DNA of 41,594 bases. Source: Pseudobdellovibrio sp. GTDB lineage: Bacteria > Bdellovibrionota > Bdellovibrionia > Bdellovibrionales > Bdellovibrionaceae. Position numbers and translations under genes: made by a program. Positions within the stretch are counted from its first letter, which is position 1. Every line of letters begins with the position of its first letter. The notes under the pieces were generated by a model. That model ran no database searches, had not been told where the DNA came from, and worked only from the letters and a program-made list of their open reading frames with translations. The stretch is taken from positions 1-41,594 of the forward strand of contig JBKBTW010000003.1 of the NCBI GenBank assembly GCA_046291245.1, in the 5' to 3' direction. This document shows positions 18,523 to 27,727 of this stretch, in pieces.

Positions 18523-19902
18523 ATGCCTACAAATAAAGTATTCGTTAACAGAACATTAAATCTTAAAAGAATAAAATATATCGGCCTAGATATGGATCAT
18601 ACATTGATCCGCTACAACACCGAAAATTTCGAACGACTTTCTCACAGCAAAATCATGGAAAAACTCGTTTCTGGAAAAGGTTATCCTGAACAAATTAAAA
18701 AATTTCAATTTGATTTTAATTTCGCACTTCGCGGCCTTGTTGTTGATAGACGCAAAGGTAATTTACTTAAGCTCAATCGCTACACAGCCATCAGAAACAG
18801 TTTTCATGGTTTAAAACCTCTCGATTACAAAACTCATCAAAAGATGTACCGTTCAACGTACATTGATTTAAATAAAAATGATTACTTAGCCGTTGATACG
18901 AGCTTTTCATACTCTTTAGCACATGCATACTCTCAGTTAGTTGATCTTAAAGATAGCGAACCTAACAATCTTAAGCTGCCTGATTACGCAACAATGGCGG
19001 ATGATGTTTTAGAGGCTTTGGATGAAGCTCACAGAGATGGATCACTCAAAGATGCTGTAAGAGAAAACGTCGAGCATTACATCATTAAAGATGAAGGGCT
19101 TGTTCGTGACTTAGAAAAATACAAAAAACACGGCAAAAAAATATTTGTGTTAACGAACTCTGATTTTCATTATTCAAAATTACTTCTAGATTTTGCCATC
19201 AATCCTTTTTTAAAGGATCACTCTTCATGGGTTGATTTATTTGAGTTTGTTATTACTTACGCCAGTAAGCCAAAGTTTTTCTATGAAGATTCTAGATTTT
19301 TCAAAGTTAATCCAACAGACGGGACAATGACAAATTTTGAAAGCAAACTTGTTCCTGGTGTGTATCAAGGTGGAAACGCTAAAAAATTTACTGAACAATT
19401 AGGTTTAGATGGTGATGATATCCTTTATGTAGGAGATCATATTTACGGTGATATCTTAAGACTTAAAAAAGACTGTAACTGGCGTACAGCTATGATCATT
19501 GAGGAGCTCGAGCACGAAATAGAGCAAAATAAAAAAGCTGAACCAATGATGATAGAAATTGATAATCTTATGAAGCAAAAAGAGCCTCTTGAAGATGAGC
19601 TCACAGACTTGATGACTCAAAAATATGAGCGTCTTACTAAAGTTGATGAATCTAAAATCGATCAACTACAAAAAGAAATTGGCGAATATGATACTCAAAT
19701 TAGTCAGTTAATCAAAAAACAACAAGCACTTTACAATCCTAACTGGGGTCAGCTTATGCGAGCCGGTAATGAGGAAAGCTATTTCGCTTATCAAATGGAA
19801 CGCTACGCATGTGTTTACATGAGCAAAGTGTCAGATCTATTTGAATTATCACCACGCACTTATTTTAGAGCCCCTCGCAGACCATTAAGTCACGAGGTTT
19901 AA
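18523..19902 (+). CDS. HAD-IG family (cN-II-like) 5'-nucleotidase
   Basis: VFVNR, GLDMDHTL, LTNS, KPKFF, YVGDHIYGD. Confidence 0.93.
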   Translation: MPTNKVFVNRTLNLKRIKYIGLDMDHTLIRYNTENFERLSHSKIMEKLVSGKGYPEQIKKFQFDFNFALRGLVVDRRKGNLLKLNRYTAIRNSFHGLKPLDYKTHQKMYRSTYIDLNKNDYLAVDTSFSYSLAHAYSQLVDLKDSEPNNLKLPDYATMADDVLEALDEAHRDGSLKDAVRENVEHYIIKDEGLVRDLEKYKKHGKKIFVLTNSDFHYSKLLLDFAINPFLKDHSSWVDLFEFVITYASKPKFFYEDSRFFKVNPTDGTMTNFESKLVPGVYQGGNAKKFTEQLGLDGDDILYVGDHIYGDILRLKKDCNWRTAMIIEELEHEIEQNKKAEPMMIEIDNLMKQKEPLEDELTDLMTQKYERLTKVDESKIDQLQKEIGEYDTQISQLIKKQQALYNPNWGQLMRAGNEESYFAYQMERYACVYMSKVSDLFELSPRTYFRAPRRPLSHEV

Positions 19903-19928
19903 GTATAAAAACGAAAGAGGAACCAAAT

Positions 19929-20570
19929 ATGAAAACAAAAATTGTTTTATTATTAACAGCAGTAGCGATGATTTTTTCAAGTTGCGCGTCTGAAAACAAA
20001 AACACAACTAAAGGTGCCGGTATTGGTGCTGTAGCTGGTGGAGCATTAGGTGCGATCATTGGACATCAATCTGGCAACAGAGGCAAAGGAGCTGCAATTG
20101 GAGCTGCTTTAGGTGCTGGTATCGGCGGTTTAGCTGGACGTCGTATGGACCAACAAGCTAAAGAACTTGAAAAAATTGCTGAAACAAAAAGAACAGAGCA
20201 AGGTTTAATCACTAAGCTTAAAAGTGATATTCTATTTGAAACAGGAAAATCTGATTTAAAGCCACAAGCAAAAGAAAACTTAAAAGAAATGGCTACGATC
20301 ATGAAAAAATATCCAGAAAATGTTTTAACAGTTAATGGTTATACAGACAGCACTGGGTCGGCAAAAACAAATGAAACTCTTTCACAAAAAAGAGCTGAAG
20401 CTGTTAAAGCACAATTAGTAGCGAATGGATTATCTTCAAGCGTGATTACAACTCATGGCATGGGCCCTGCAAATCCTGTTGGTGACAACAAAACAAGTGA
20501 AGGTCGCCAGCAAAATCGCCGTGTCGAAGTTGAAGTTACTGTTGATGAATCCAAAGTTCCACAAAAATAA
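19929..20570 (+). CDS. OmpA-family lipoprotein with glycine zipper (YiaD-like)
   Basis: Lipobox FSSC, GAGIGAVAGG repeats, OmpA_C motifs GYTDSTG, LSQKRA, NRRVE. Confidence 0.94.
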   Translation: MKTKIVLLLTAVAMIFSSCASENKNTTKGAGIGAVAGGALGAIIGHQSGNRGKGAAIGAALGAGIGGLAGRRMDQQAKELEKIAETKRTEQGLITKLKSDILFETGKSDLKPQAKENLKEMATIMKKYPENVLTVNGYTDSTGSAKTNETLSQKRAEAVKAQLVANGLSSSVITTHGMGPANPVGDNKTSEGRQQNRRVEVEVTVDESKVPQK

Positions 20571-20595
20571 AAATTATTTTAATTAAATTTAAATC

Positions 20596-20635
20596 AAAAA
20601 AAAGCTGCTAAGTGTATCACCTAGCAGCTTTTTTT
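20596..20635. terminator. Bidirectional intrinsic terminator
   Basis: A8-GCTGCTA-loop-TAGCAGC-T7 between convergent genes. Confidence 0.88.
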
Positions 20636-20663
20636 ACAGCAAATTTTTTCAATCTCGTATTTA

Positions 20664-20801
20664 CTATTTTTTATCAAAATCTAACTCTTCTACTCTTTTT
20701 ACCGAATAGCCTTCTTTTTCAAGATAGTGAATGAGTGAATCCTTCTCATCTATAATGTGCGCAACCCCGACTGCAATAAAAGTTGTATTGTAATAACTCA
20801 A
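20664..20801 (-). pseudogene. 3' remnant of a TraB/GumN family gene
   Basis: Manual translation LSYYNTTFIAVGVAHIIDEKDSLIHYLEKEGYSVKRVEELDFDKK* matches the family C-terminal pattern F.AVGA.HL....L...L...GY.V.RV; in-frame stop at 20817-20819. Confidence 0.7.
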
Positions 20802-20808
20802 TACTGTG

Positions 20809-21561
20809 CTATTTCCCTAAAAGAATCATATAATCTGATTCACCTGTAAGATCCATTAAACCTAGTTTTAGATCACTTTTGATCTTATCTTCTTGTATAC
20901 GGCGCCTTACCGAGCGAGCTTTGTTTAAACTTGTGCAGCCCCACTCTCGTGTTCCTGAGTTATCCTCAGTTCTGCAAATGAACATACTGTTTTTTTCATC
21001 TTCTGTGTCAGTTGGAAAATAAGCCATAGAAAAAGTTAAAGGACGTTTTTGCAAAATATCTTTTGCTCGGGAGTATGGATTTTTTTGAACTAAATTTGTC
21101 GAGTATATCGAAGCTGTGATAACAAGTATTCTTTTATCAATATTTTTACTTATTAAATCTGTAAAGGCTTCTATATTTTCTTTTAATTCGACTTCTTGGT
21201 AAACACCAAAACCTGCAGCTACCTCTGCAGGAACACGAAGCTCCTTGTCTAAAATAATTAAATCAAATGGCTTTTGATGGTTTTTTTCAATTTCACTTTT
21301 TAATAATAAAGTCAGTTGAAGTTGATTTTTTTTCTCAGGCTCTACACCGATCCACACATAATCCTTTTGGCCAATTTCTAGGTTTAAACGTTTTTCTATA
21401 GAGCTTGAGAATTCATTTAAATCTTTAAAATAACTCAGTTTAATTTTAGGCACTGTTCGCTGCGCATCATTAATGTTAAGCCAAATCAGAGCAGTCAAAG
21501 CTAACGAAGATGCAATAAGCACAAATATAAGAGGCTTGTACGATGTTTTTTCTGTTTTCAT
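20809..21561 (-). CDS. Hypothetical membrane-anchored protein
   Basis: 250-aa ORF, single N-terminal TM helix, C-terminal Cys pair. Confidence 0.8.
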   Translation of the reverse strand: MKTEKTSYKPLIFVLIASSLALTALIWLNINDAQRTVPKIKLSYFKDLNEFSSSIEKRLNLEIGQKDYVWIGVEPEKKNQLQLTLLLKSEIEKNHQKPFDLIILDKELRVPAEVAAGFGVYQEVELKENIEAFTDLISKNIDKRILVITASIYSTNLVQKNPYSRAKDILQKRPLTFSMAYFPTDTEDEKNSMFICRTEDNSGTREWGCTSLNKARSVRRRIQEDKIKSDLKLGLMDLTGESDYMILLGK

Positions 21562-21574
21562 TTGAGATATTTCC

Positions 21575-21602
21575 TTACCGGCAAAATACCCTATTGCGTT
21601 TA
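21575..21602 (-). promoter_or_regulatory. Possible sigma28-type promoter of the 250-aa gene
   Basis: Minus strand TAAA-N16-GCCGGTAA: 7/8 match at -10, spacer one longer than canonical. Confidence 0.35.
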
Positions 21603-21634
21603 AAAGAAAAAGTGATATGTTTCTGGCAAGATAG

Positions 21635-21696
21635 AGTGTATGCTCTAATTATAGACAGGACTTGATCACACGGTTGATGTGGGACAGGTACCGGAG
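21635..21696 (+). promoter_or_regulatory. Tandem-hairpin cis-regulatory RNA leader (pan-motif-like) of the pan/coa operon
   Basis: Two hairpins (21635-21662 and 21671-21693), each with ATG...GACAGG; the second abuts the SD GGAG. Upstream TTGCGT-N16-TATGTT with extended TG. Confidence 0.55.
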
Positions 21697-21701
21697 AAGA
21701 T

Positions 21702-22409
21702 ATGAATAAAAAAACGACTGTTTTACTTATTGGCTCAGGCCGTATGGCTTTGCATCTTACAGAATGGTGCAAACTTATCTCTACATCTATAAATTTAATT
21801 TCATGGAACCGCAAAGAGCACTCAATTCAAAACTTAAATGACTCTATCACAAAAGCTGAAATAATTTGGCTTGCTCTATCAGATGACAGTCTTAAAGATT
21901 TTTACGAAAACACACTAAAAGAAGCTCGCAATCCAAATCAAAAAATTGTTCACTTTAGCGGCGCATTTAACCACCCTGATATGATATCGGCTCACCCCCT
22001 AATGACATTTTCCGATACCGTATATTCTAAAAATGACTATGAATGTATTGTCTTTGCTCTAACAGGAACAGAATCCCTTAAAGATGCACTTCCTGATTTT
22101 CAAAACAATTTTTTTCAATTAGACGCTGATAAAAAACCTCTTTATCATGCGTTTTGTGTCTTAACAGGAAATCTGCCACAAATTCTTTGGACCAAATCTT
22201 TATCCATAGCACAAGAACTTGATATTCCAGATCAGGCTATAACAACCTATTTGCAAAAATCTCTAAATAATTTTCTACAATTAAAAGAGTTTTCAGTTAC
22301 TGGCCCAATTAAAAGAAATGATTATACAACCATACAAAAAAACTTAGAGGCTCTCAGCGAAAAACACTCAGATCTAGCCACTATTTATAAGAGCTTTTTA
22401 ACTAAATAA
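21702..22409 (+). CDS. Rossmann-like + DUF2520 oxidoreductase, probable ketopantoate reductase (PanG-like)
   Basis: IGSGRMA, HFSGA, HPLMTF, YHA, TGPIKRND; first gene of the pan operon. Confidence 0.8.
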   Translation: MNKKTTVLLIGSGRMALHLTEWCKLISTSINLISWNRKEHSIQNLNDSITKAEIIWLALSDDSLKDFYENTLKEARNPNQKIVHFSGAFNHPDMISAHPLMTFSDTVYSKNDYECIVFALTGTESLKDALPDFQNNFFQLDADKKPLYHAFCVLTGNLPQILWTKSLSIAQELDIPDQAITTYLQKSLNNFLQLKEFSVTGPIKRNDYTTIQKNLEALSEKHSDLATIYKSFLTK

Positions 22410-22418
22410 GGAATTGTC

Positions 22419-23207
22419 ATGAAAACAATTAATGATTTTAAATTAAAAAAACAGAAAAAAGAAAAAATCACCATGGTCACTTGTTACGACTATAATACAG
22501 CCAAAATTTTATCAGACACACAAATTGATACACTGTTAGTTGGAGATTCAGTTTCTCAAGTTGTGCATGGATTTCCAAGCACACTCCATGCAACTATTGA
22601 AATGATGATGATGCACACATCAGCTGTTGCACGTGGTACTGCAAATAAATTTATTGTTGCAGATATGCCTTTCATGACAACTCGAAAAAGCACGGATTAC
22701 GCTATGGAGTGTGTGCAAAAACTTATGCTCGCAGGTGCTCAAGCCATAAAAATTGAAAATATTGACGGACATTTTGATCTCATAAAACATATCGTTGAAT
22801 CAGGCGTTCCTGTCATGGGACATTTAGGTTTAACCCCACAATCTATCCACCAGTTAGGTGGTCCTAAAATTCAAGGAAAAACTCATGAGCAAGCAGATAA
22901 AATCACAAATGATGCTCTCCTCATGCAAAAAGCAGGATGTTTTTCTTTAGTTTTAGAATGTGTCCCTGCAAAATTAGCCTTAGATATTACACAAAAGCTT
23001 GATATTCCTACGATTGGCATTGGTGCCGGCGCCGGCACTGATGGACAAGTTCTTGTTATAAATGATTTACTCGGCATGCAGCCAGATTTTAACCCTAAGT
23101 TTTTAAAAAAATATCACAATTTGAATCAAGACATTATTAAAGCAGTAAACGCATATGCATCTGAAGTAACAGAACTTAAATTTCCACTTACTGAAAACGA
23201 GTATTGA
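22419..23207 (+). CDS. panB: 3-methyl-2-oxobutanoate hydroxymethyltransferase
   Basis: TCYDY, LLVGDS, ADMPF, GHLGLTPQS, TIGIGAG, DGQVLV. Confidence 0.97.
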   Translation: MKTINDFKLKKQKKEKITMVTCYDYNTAKILSDTQIDTLLVGDSVSQVVHGFPSTLHATIEMMMMHTSAVARGTANKFIVADMPFMTTRKSTDYAMECVQKLMLAGAQAIKIENIDGHFDLIKHIVESGVPVMGHLGLTPQSIHQLGGPKIQGKTHEQADKITNDALLMQKAGCFSLVLECVPAKLALDITQKLDIPTIGIGAGAGTDGQVLVINDLLGMQPDFNPKFLKKYHNLNQDIIKAVNAYASEVTELKFPLTENEY

Positions 23208-23986
23208 TTATGAAAAACACCCAGGTCATTAAATCAGCCCAAGAGTTGATGACAACTATTAAAAGTTATAAAAAACAAAATCCTCATGACACTGTTGGAT
23301 TTGTTCCGACTATGGGAGCCTTGCACTCCGGACATACAAGCCTCATGCAAAAAAGCTCTGAAGAAAATAACCTGAATGTGCTGAGTATTTTTGTGAACCC
23401 AACTCAATTTAATAACCCTACGGATTTAGATAAGTACCCTAAAACATTCGAAGCCGATCTAGCCTTGGCACAAAAACATGATATTGATATTTTATACTTT
23501 CCTGACTTTAAAGAAATGTATCCAGATGAATATAGATTCAAAGTCACCGAGTCAGAGTTTTCAAAAAAACTTTGCGGTGCTCATAGACCAGGGCATTTCG
23601 ATGGCGTTTTAACAATTGTTCTTAAACTGTTACAAATTGTAAAACCTCACAAAGCCTATTTTGGACTTAAAGACTACCAGCAGTACCAACTTATTAAAGA
23701 TATGACAGAAGCTTTTTTCTTAGACATAGATATAATAGGTTGTCCTACCATGAGAGAAGAAAGCGGACTCGCCATGAGTTCTCGCAACACACGCTTATCG
23801 ACGGAAGGACTAAAAAAAGCGAGCCTTATCTATAAAACTATTACACAAAAAATATCTAAGGCTCAAGCGTCTGAAATCCTTACACAAGCAGGCTTTGAAA
23901 TTGATTACCTAGAAGATATTGAAAATCGCAGATATGTTGCCGCTACCTTGGAAAATGTGAGGTTAATAGACAATGTCGAAATTTGA
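23204..23986 (+). CDS. panC: Pantoate-beta-alanine ligase
   Basis: FVPTMGALHSGH, SIFVNPTQF, RPGHFDGV, FGLKDYQQ, GLAMSSRN, RLIDN. Confidence 0.97.
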   Translation: MIMKNTQVIKSAQELMTTIKSYKKQNPHDTVGFVPTMGALHSGHTSLMQKSSEENNLNVLSIFVNPTQFNNPTDLDKYPKTFEADLALAQKHDIDILYFPDFKEMYPDEYRFKVTESEFSKKLCGAHRPGHFDGVLTIVLKLLQIVKPHKAYFGLKDYQQYQLIKDMTEAFFLDIDIIGCPTMREESGLAMSSRNTRLSTEGLKKASLIYKTITQKISKAQASEILTQAGFEIDYLEDIENRRYVAATLENVRLIDNVEI

Positions 23987-25208
23987 AAATAAAAAAATTC
24001 TTTTTATCGTCACAGGCTCAATAGCCAGTTACAAAATCGCAGCAGTTTTGAGCCAACTTAAAAAAAACAATTGTGCTATTAAAGTTGTTGCAACTCAATC
24101 AGCTTTAAAATTTATTGGGATCTCAACGTTAGAAGGCTTAACGTCAGAAAAAGTGCATACTGAATTATTTGATAATGGATCTAATATGGATCATATTCAT
24201 CTCATCAGATGGGCCGATATTGTTGTCGTAGCCCCTGCCACAGCTAATTTTATTAATAAAATTGCACATGGCTTCGCTGATGATTTAGCGTCAACTCTGT
24301 TTTTAGCACATGACTTTAAAAAGCCCTTTTTAATTTTCCCGGCTATGAATACAAAAATGTACCAGCATCCCGCTACAACAAGATCTTTAGAAATCCTTAC
24401 CAAATGGAATATCAGAATTTTAGATAGCGCGAGTGGCTCGTTAGCTTGTGGAGAAACTGGCGTAGGACGACTTTTAGAGCCAGAACAAATTATAGCTGAA
24501 ATTGATAAAGCTTTTGAGTCTATACATCTCTATCAACCCTCTGCACAGATCAAGCCCGATCTATCAAAATCAAAAGCATCCTCTTTGAAGGTTTTAATTA
24601 CCTCGGGAGGTACTCAAGAGCCTTTAGATGATGTACGAGTGATTACAAACTCAAGCACAGGAAAAACCGCTGCTTATCTTGCCGACGAATTTATTGAACA
24701 TGGTTTTGATGTGACTTACCTCATGGCTGAAAATGCAAAAATGCCTTTATTAAATTGCAATATTGTAAAATTTAAAACCTTCAAAGATTTACAAACTGCA
24801 CTCGAAGAACACTCTAAAATTCATCATTTTATTATTCATGCGGCGGCTGTAAGCGACTACTCAGTTTTGCCTACAGAAGGAAAAATAAATAGCGACCAAG
24901 AAATTTTGCAAATTAATTTAAAAAAGAATCCAAAACTCATAGATCAAATTAAAAAAAATAATCCCAATGCTATCTTGATAGGATTTAAATTAACCTCAAC
25001 GCAAGATCCGCAATTGATCAAATCAAAAATTGATTCCTTATTTAAAAACTCAAAATGTGATTTAATTGTACACAATGACTGGTCTACAATCAAAAGTGAT
25101 CAGCATTTATTTAATTTAGTGAATAATAAACAGAATACTCTATCAAATTTAACTTTATCTGACTTAGCTTGTGAACTCGTCAGCTATGCCTTGAAGGAGA
25201 CTTTATGA
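23973..25208 (+). CDS. coaBC: Bifunctional phosphopantothenoylcysteine decarboxylase/synthetase
   Basis: [46 protein letters not shown]. Confidence 0.96.
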   Translation: MSKFENKKILFIVTGSIASYKIAAVLSQLKKNNCAIKVVATQSALKFIGISTLEGLTSEKVHTELFDNGSNMDHIHLIRWADIVVVAPATANFINKIAHGFADDLASTLFLAHDFKKPFLIFPAMNTKMYQHPATTRSLEILTKWNIRILDSASGSLACGETGVGRLLEPEQIIAEIDKAFESIHLYQPSAQIKPDLSKSKASSLKVLITSGGTQEPLDDVRVITNSSTGKTAAYLADEFIEHGFDVTYLMAENAKMPLLNCNIVKFKTFKDLQTALEEHSKIHHFIIHAAAVSDYSVLPTEGKINSDQEILQINLKKNPKLIDQIKKNNPNAILIGFKLTSTQDPQLIKSKIDSLFKNSKCDLIVHNDWSTIKSDQHLFNLVNNKQNTLSNLTLSDLACELVSYALKETL

Positions 25209-26020
25209 TTTTATCTTTAGATGTTGGTAATACACAAATCTACGGAGGTCTATTTGAAAACAACTCCGATAAAATGCTTCTTGCTTTCAGACGAAACTCA
25301 AAACAAGGTTCATCTTCAGATGAAGTCGGTATTTTTTTACGAACAGTCCTAAGGGAAAATGGTTATGATCCCACAAAAATTGAAAAAATAGTTTTATGCT
25401 CTGTGGTTCCAGATGTAATTTACTCTCTAAAAGGGGCTTGCCAAAAATATTTCAATATCAACCCTTTTATTTTACAGGCCGGCGTAAAAACAGGGTTGCG
25501 TATTAAATATCGTAACCCTTTGGAGGTAGGTGCTGATCGGATTGCCAATAGTATTGCTGCGGTTCACATGCATCCAAATAAAAATATTATCATTGTTGAT
25601 TTAGGAACTGCGACAACATTTTGTGCCGTGACCAAGGATGCAGAGTACATGGGTGGATCTATAATTGCTGGACTCAAACTCAGCATGGAGTCATTAGAGG
25701 CGAAGACTGCTAAACTCCCATCTGTGGAGATCGTTTCAAAAAATGAGGTTCTCGGCCAATCTACGATCGAAAGTTTGCAGTCTGGTTTATATTACGGTCA
25801 TTTAGGGGCTATGCGTGAGATTATAACTCGTCTGACATCTGAGTGCTTTAAAGGTGAAGAACCTATTGTTATAGGAACTGGAGGTTTCTCTTCACTTTTT
25901 GAAAAAGAAAAAATATTTAATATCATCGCACCAAATTTAGTTTTAAAAGGAAACTTAATTGCACTTGAGATGAATCAAGCAAGTTCAAAAAATCAGTTAA
26001 TTAACAAAAACTTAAAATAA
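25205..26020 (+). CDS. coaX: Type III pantothenate kinase
   Basis: [25 protein letters not shown]. Confidence 0.96.
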   Translation: MILSLDVGNTQIYGGLFENNSDKMLLAFRRNSKQGSSSDEVGIFLRTVLRENGYDPTKIEKIVLCSVVPDVIYSLKGACQKYFNINPFILQAGVKTGLRIKYRNPLEVGADRIANSIAAVHMHPNKNIIIVDLGTATTFCAVTKDAEYMGGSIIAGLKLSMESLEAKTAKLPSVEIVSKNEVLGQSTIESLQSGLYYGHLGAMREIITRLTSECFKGEEPIVIGTGGFSSLFEKEKIFNIIAPNLVLKGNLIALEMNQASSKNQLINKNLK

Positions 26021-26037
26021 CCGAAATAAGGATTTTT

Positions 26038-26415
26038 ATGAAAATTAATATGTTATACTCCAAAATTCACAGAGCGACAGTGACTGGTGCCGATTTAGAC
26101 TATGAGGGGTCTATATCAATCGATAAAGCTCTGATCAAAAAAGCGAATTTATTTTTAAATCAAAAAGTGGATATCTATAACTGTAATAATGGTGCTCGTT
26201 TTTCAACATATATCATCGAAGGCAAAAAAGGCGAAATTTGTTTAAATGGAGCCGCTGCTCGACATGTGCAAAAAGGTGACGTTGTTATTATTGTCTCATA
26301 TGCATCTATAGATATAGGAAATGCTGCTACACACAAACCTACTGTTGTTTTTGTTGATAAGAATAATAATTTTAAACAAATCAGAAAAGAAAAACGAGCT
26401 ACAAAATCCGTATAA
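26038..26415 (+). CDS. panD: Aspartate 1-decarboxylase (pyruvoyl)
   Basis: [17 protein letters not shown] cleavage site, [15 protein letters not shown]. Confidence 0.97.
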   Translation: MKINMLYSKIHRATVTGADLDYEGSISIDKALIKKANLFLNQKVDIYNCNNGARFSTYIIEGKKGEICLNGAAARHVQKGDVVIIVSYASIDIGNAATHKPTVVFVDKNNNFKQIRKEKRATKSV

Positions 26416-26447
26416 AAAAAGCCTCCGACTTTGAATCGGAGGCTTTT
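26414..26447. terminator. Bidirectional intrinsic terminator
   Basis: AAAAGCCTCCGA-loop-TCGGAGGCTTTT. Confidence 0.9.
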
Positions 26448-26521
26448 AATTTTCACAACTTATTACTTTTAAAAATTTTGTAGCTTATCAACAGCTCAAA
26501 TTTTTTAATTTTATGCTTTCA

Positions 26522-27619
26522 CTACGTGTAAACGTATCTGTACTTGATTAAAACATTCCATTTACGTTTCATTGAATCCAACTCAGCTTTAAGTAACTCC
26601 ATTTCAGCTTTAACTTGATCTAATTTTTGTTGCTGCGAGTTTTTATATTCAGCTCGCAAATGATCAATACGAATTTGCGCCTCAACAATTTTTTGCGCCA
26701 AAGGCTCAAGTTTTTCTTTATAAAAAATTGAATTTTGAAATTTTTCAGACTCTACTTCTAACTTAGCTCTTAAAATCTCAGAAAACTGAACTGTTTTCAA
26801 CTTTTTAGCCAATCCAATTAAAGAAGCCATTTGTATAGACCACTTGGTTGGGTCCCAATGATACCATTTAATACCATTACGATAATCAAACTGAAATTTA
26901 TGGTGAAAATTATGGTATCCTTCTCCATGGGTTAAAAACGCAACTATAATTGAATCCTTAGCTGTTTTCTCTGTGGAATAGGGTGTTTTCCCTAAAGTGT
27001 GACTTAAAGAATTCACGAAAAACGTTGATTGCTGAGTTAAAAATATTCTTAATCCACCAGCTATTACTAAACCTAAAAAGGCATTTCCTAGCATAGCCCC
27101 AACAAGCATTGGCAACACGTAACCCACACCAATAGCCCAATAGATATAGTAATCATGTTGATGCTTTATTAGTTTATTTTTTTCTAAATCCGGCGCATGA
27201 ATCGGAAGACTTACAGAATCATGTAACATCATCCACCCCATGTGAGCATAAAAAAATCCTTTTTTGATCGAGTATGGATCTTTATCAGTATCTTCGAATC
27301 TATGGTGAATACGATGATCACTCGCCCACTTTAATGCCGAACCTTGGAAAGCCCCAGCACTTATAAATAGAAGCAAACCCTCTAGTATAGGATGAGCTTC
27401 AAAAGATTTATGAGAGAATAATCGGTGATAGCCCATTGTAATACTTAGATTAGTCAGAAAAGCGAAAACAATTCCAAATAAAGAAATCCATCCAACTTGC
27501 GTCAGAGTATAGTGATTAGCAAAAACTAAATAGAGCACAAGCAGTAATACTGATATTACTGGATTAAGAATTAAAAATAGAGTAACAGACCAACATATTT
27601 TTTTAACTTTTGTAGACAT
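26522..27619 (-). CDS. Delta-9-type acyl-CoA/acyl-lipid fatty acid desaturase with coiled-coil tail
   Basis: His boxes HRLFSH, HRIHH, GEGYHNFHH; DYRNGIKWYHWDPTKW. Confidence 0.95.
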   Translation of the reverse strand: MSTKVKKICWSVTLFLILNPVISVLLLVLYLVFANHYTLTQVGWISLFGIVFAFLTNLSITMGYHRLFSHKSFEAHPILEGLLLFISAGAFQGSALKWASDHRIHHRFEDTDKDPYSIKKGFFYAHMGWMMLHDSVSLPIHAPDLEKNKLIKHQHDYYIYWAIGVGYVLPMLVGAMLGNAFLGLVIAGGLRIFLTQQSTFFVNSLSHTLGKTPYSTEKTAKDSIIVAFLTHGEGYHNFHHKFQFDYRNGIKWYHWDPTKWSIQMASLIGLAKKLKTVQFSEILRAKLEVESEKFQNSIFYKEKLEPLAQKIVEAQIRIDHLRAEYKNSQQQKLDQVKAEMELLKAELDSMKRKWNVLIKYRYVYT

Positions 27620-27727
27620 ACTTTAAGTCTATCAAAATCTCTCTTAAATGCTACTAGAAACCTTTCTGCTTGAGGTTAATTTCTTTTAATCTAATAGATT
27701 GTATCAGTTAACGCCACATGTCCTAGA

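Noticed and set aside
20010-20140. GGTGC/GGAGC periodic repeats
   Set aside because: They encode the glycine zipper of the OmpA lipoprotein.
26001-26027. TTAA-N15-ACCGAAAT, a possible internal sigma28 promoter for panD
   Set aside because: Poor -10 match in very AT-rich sequence inside an operon.
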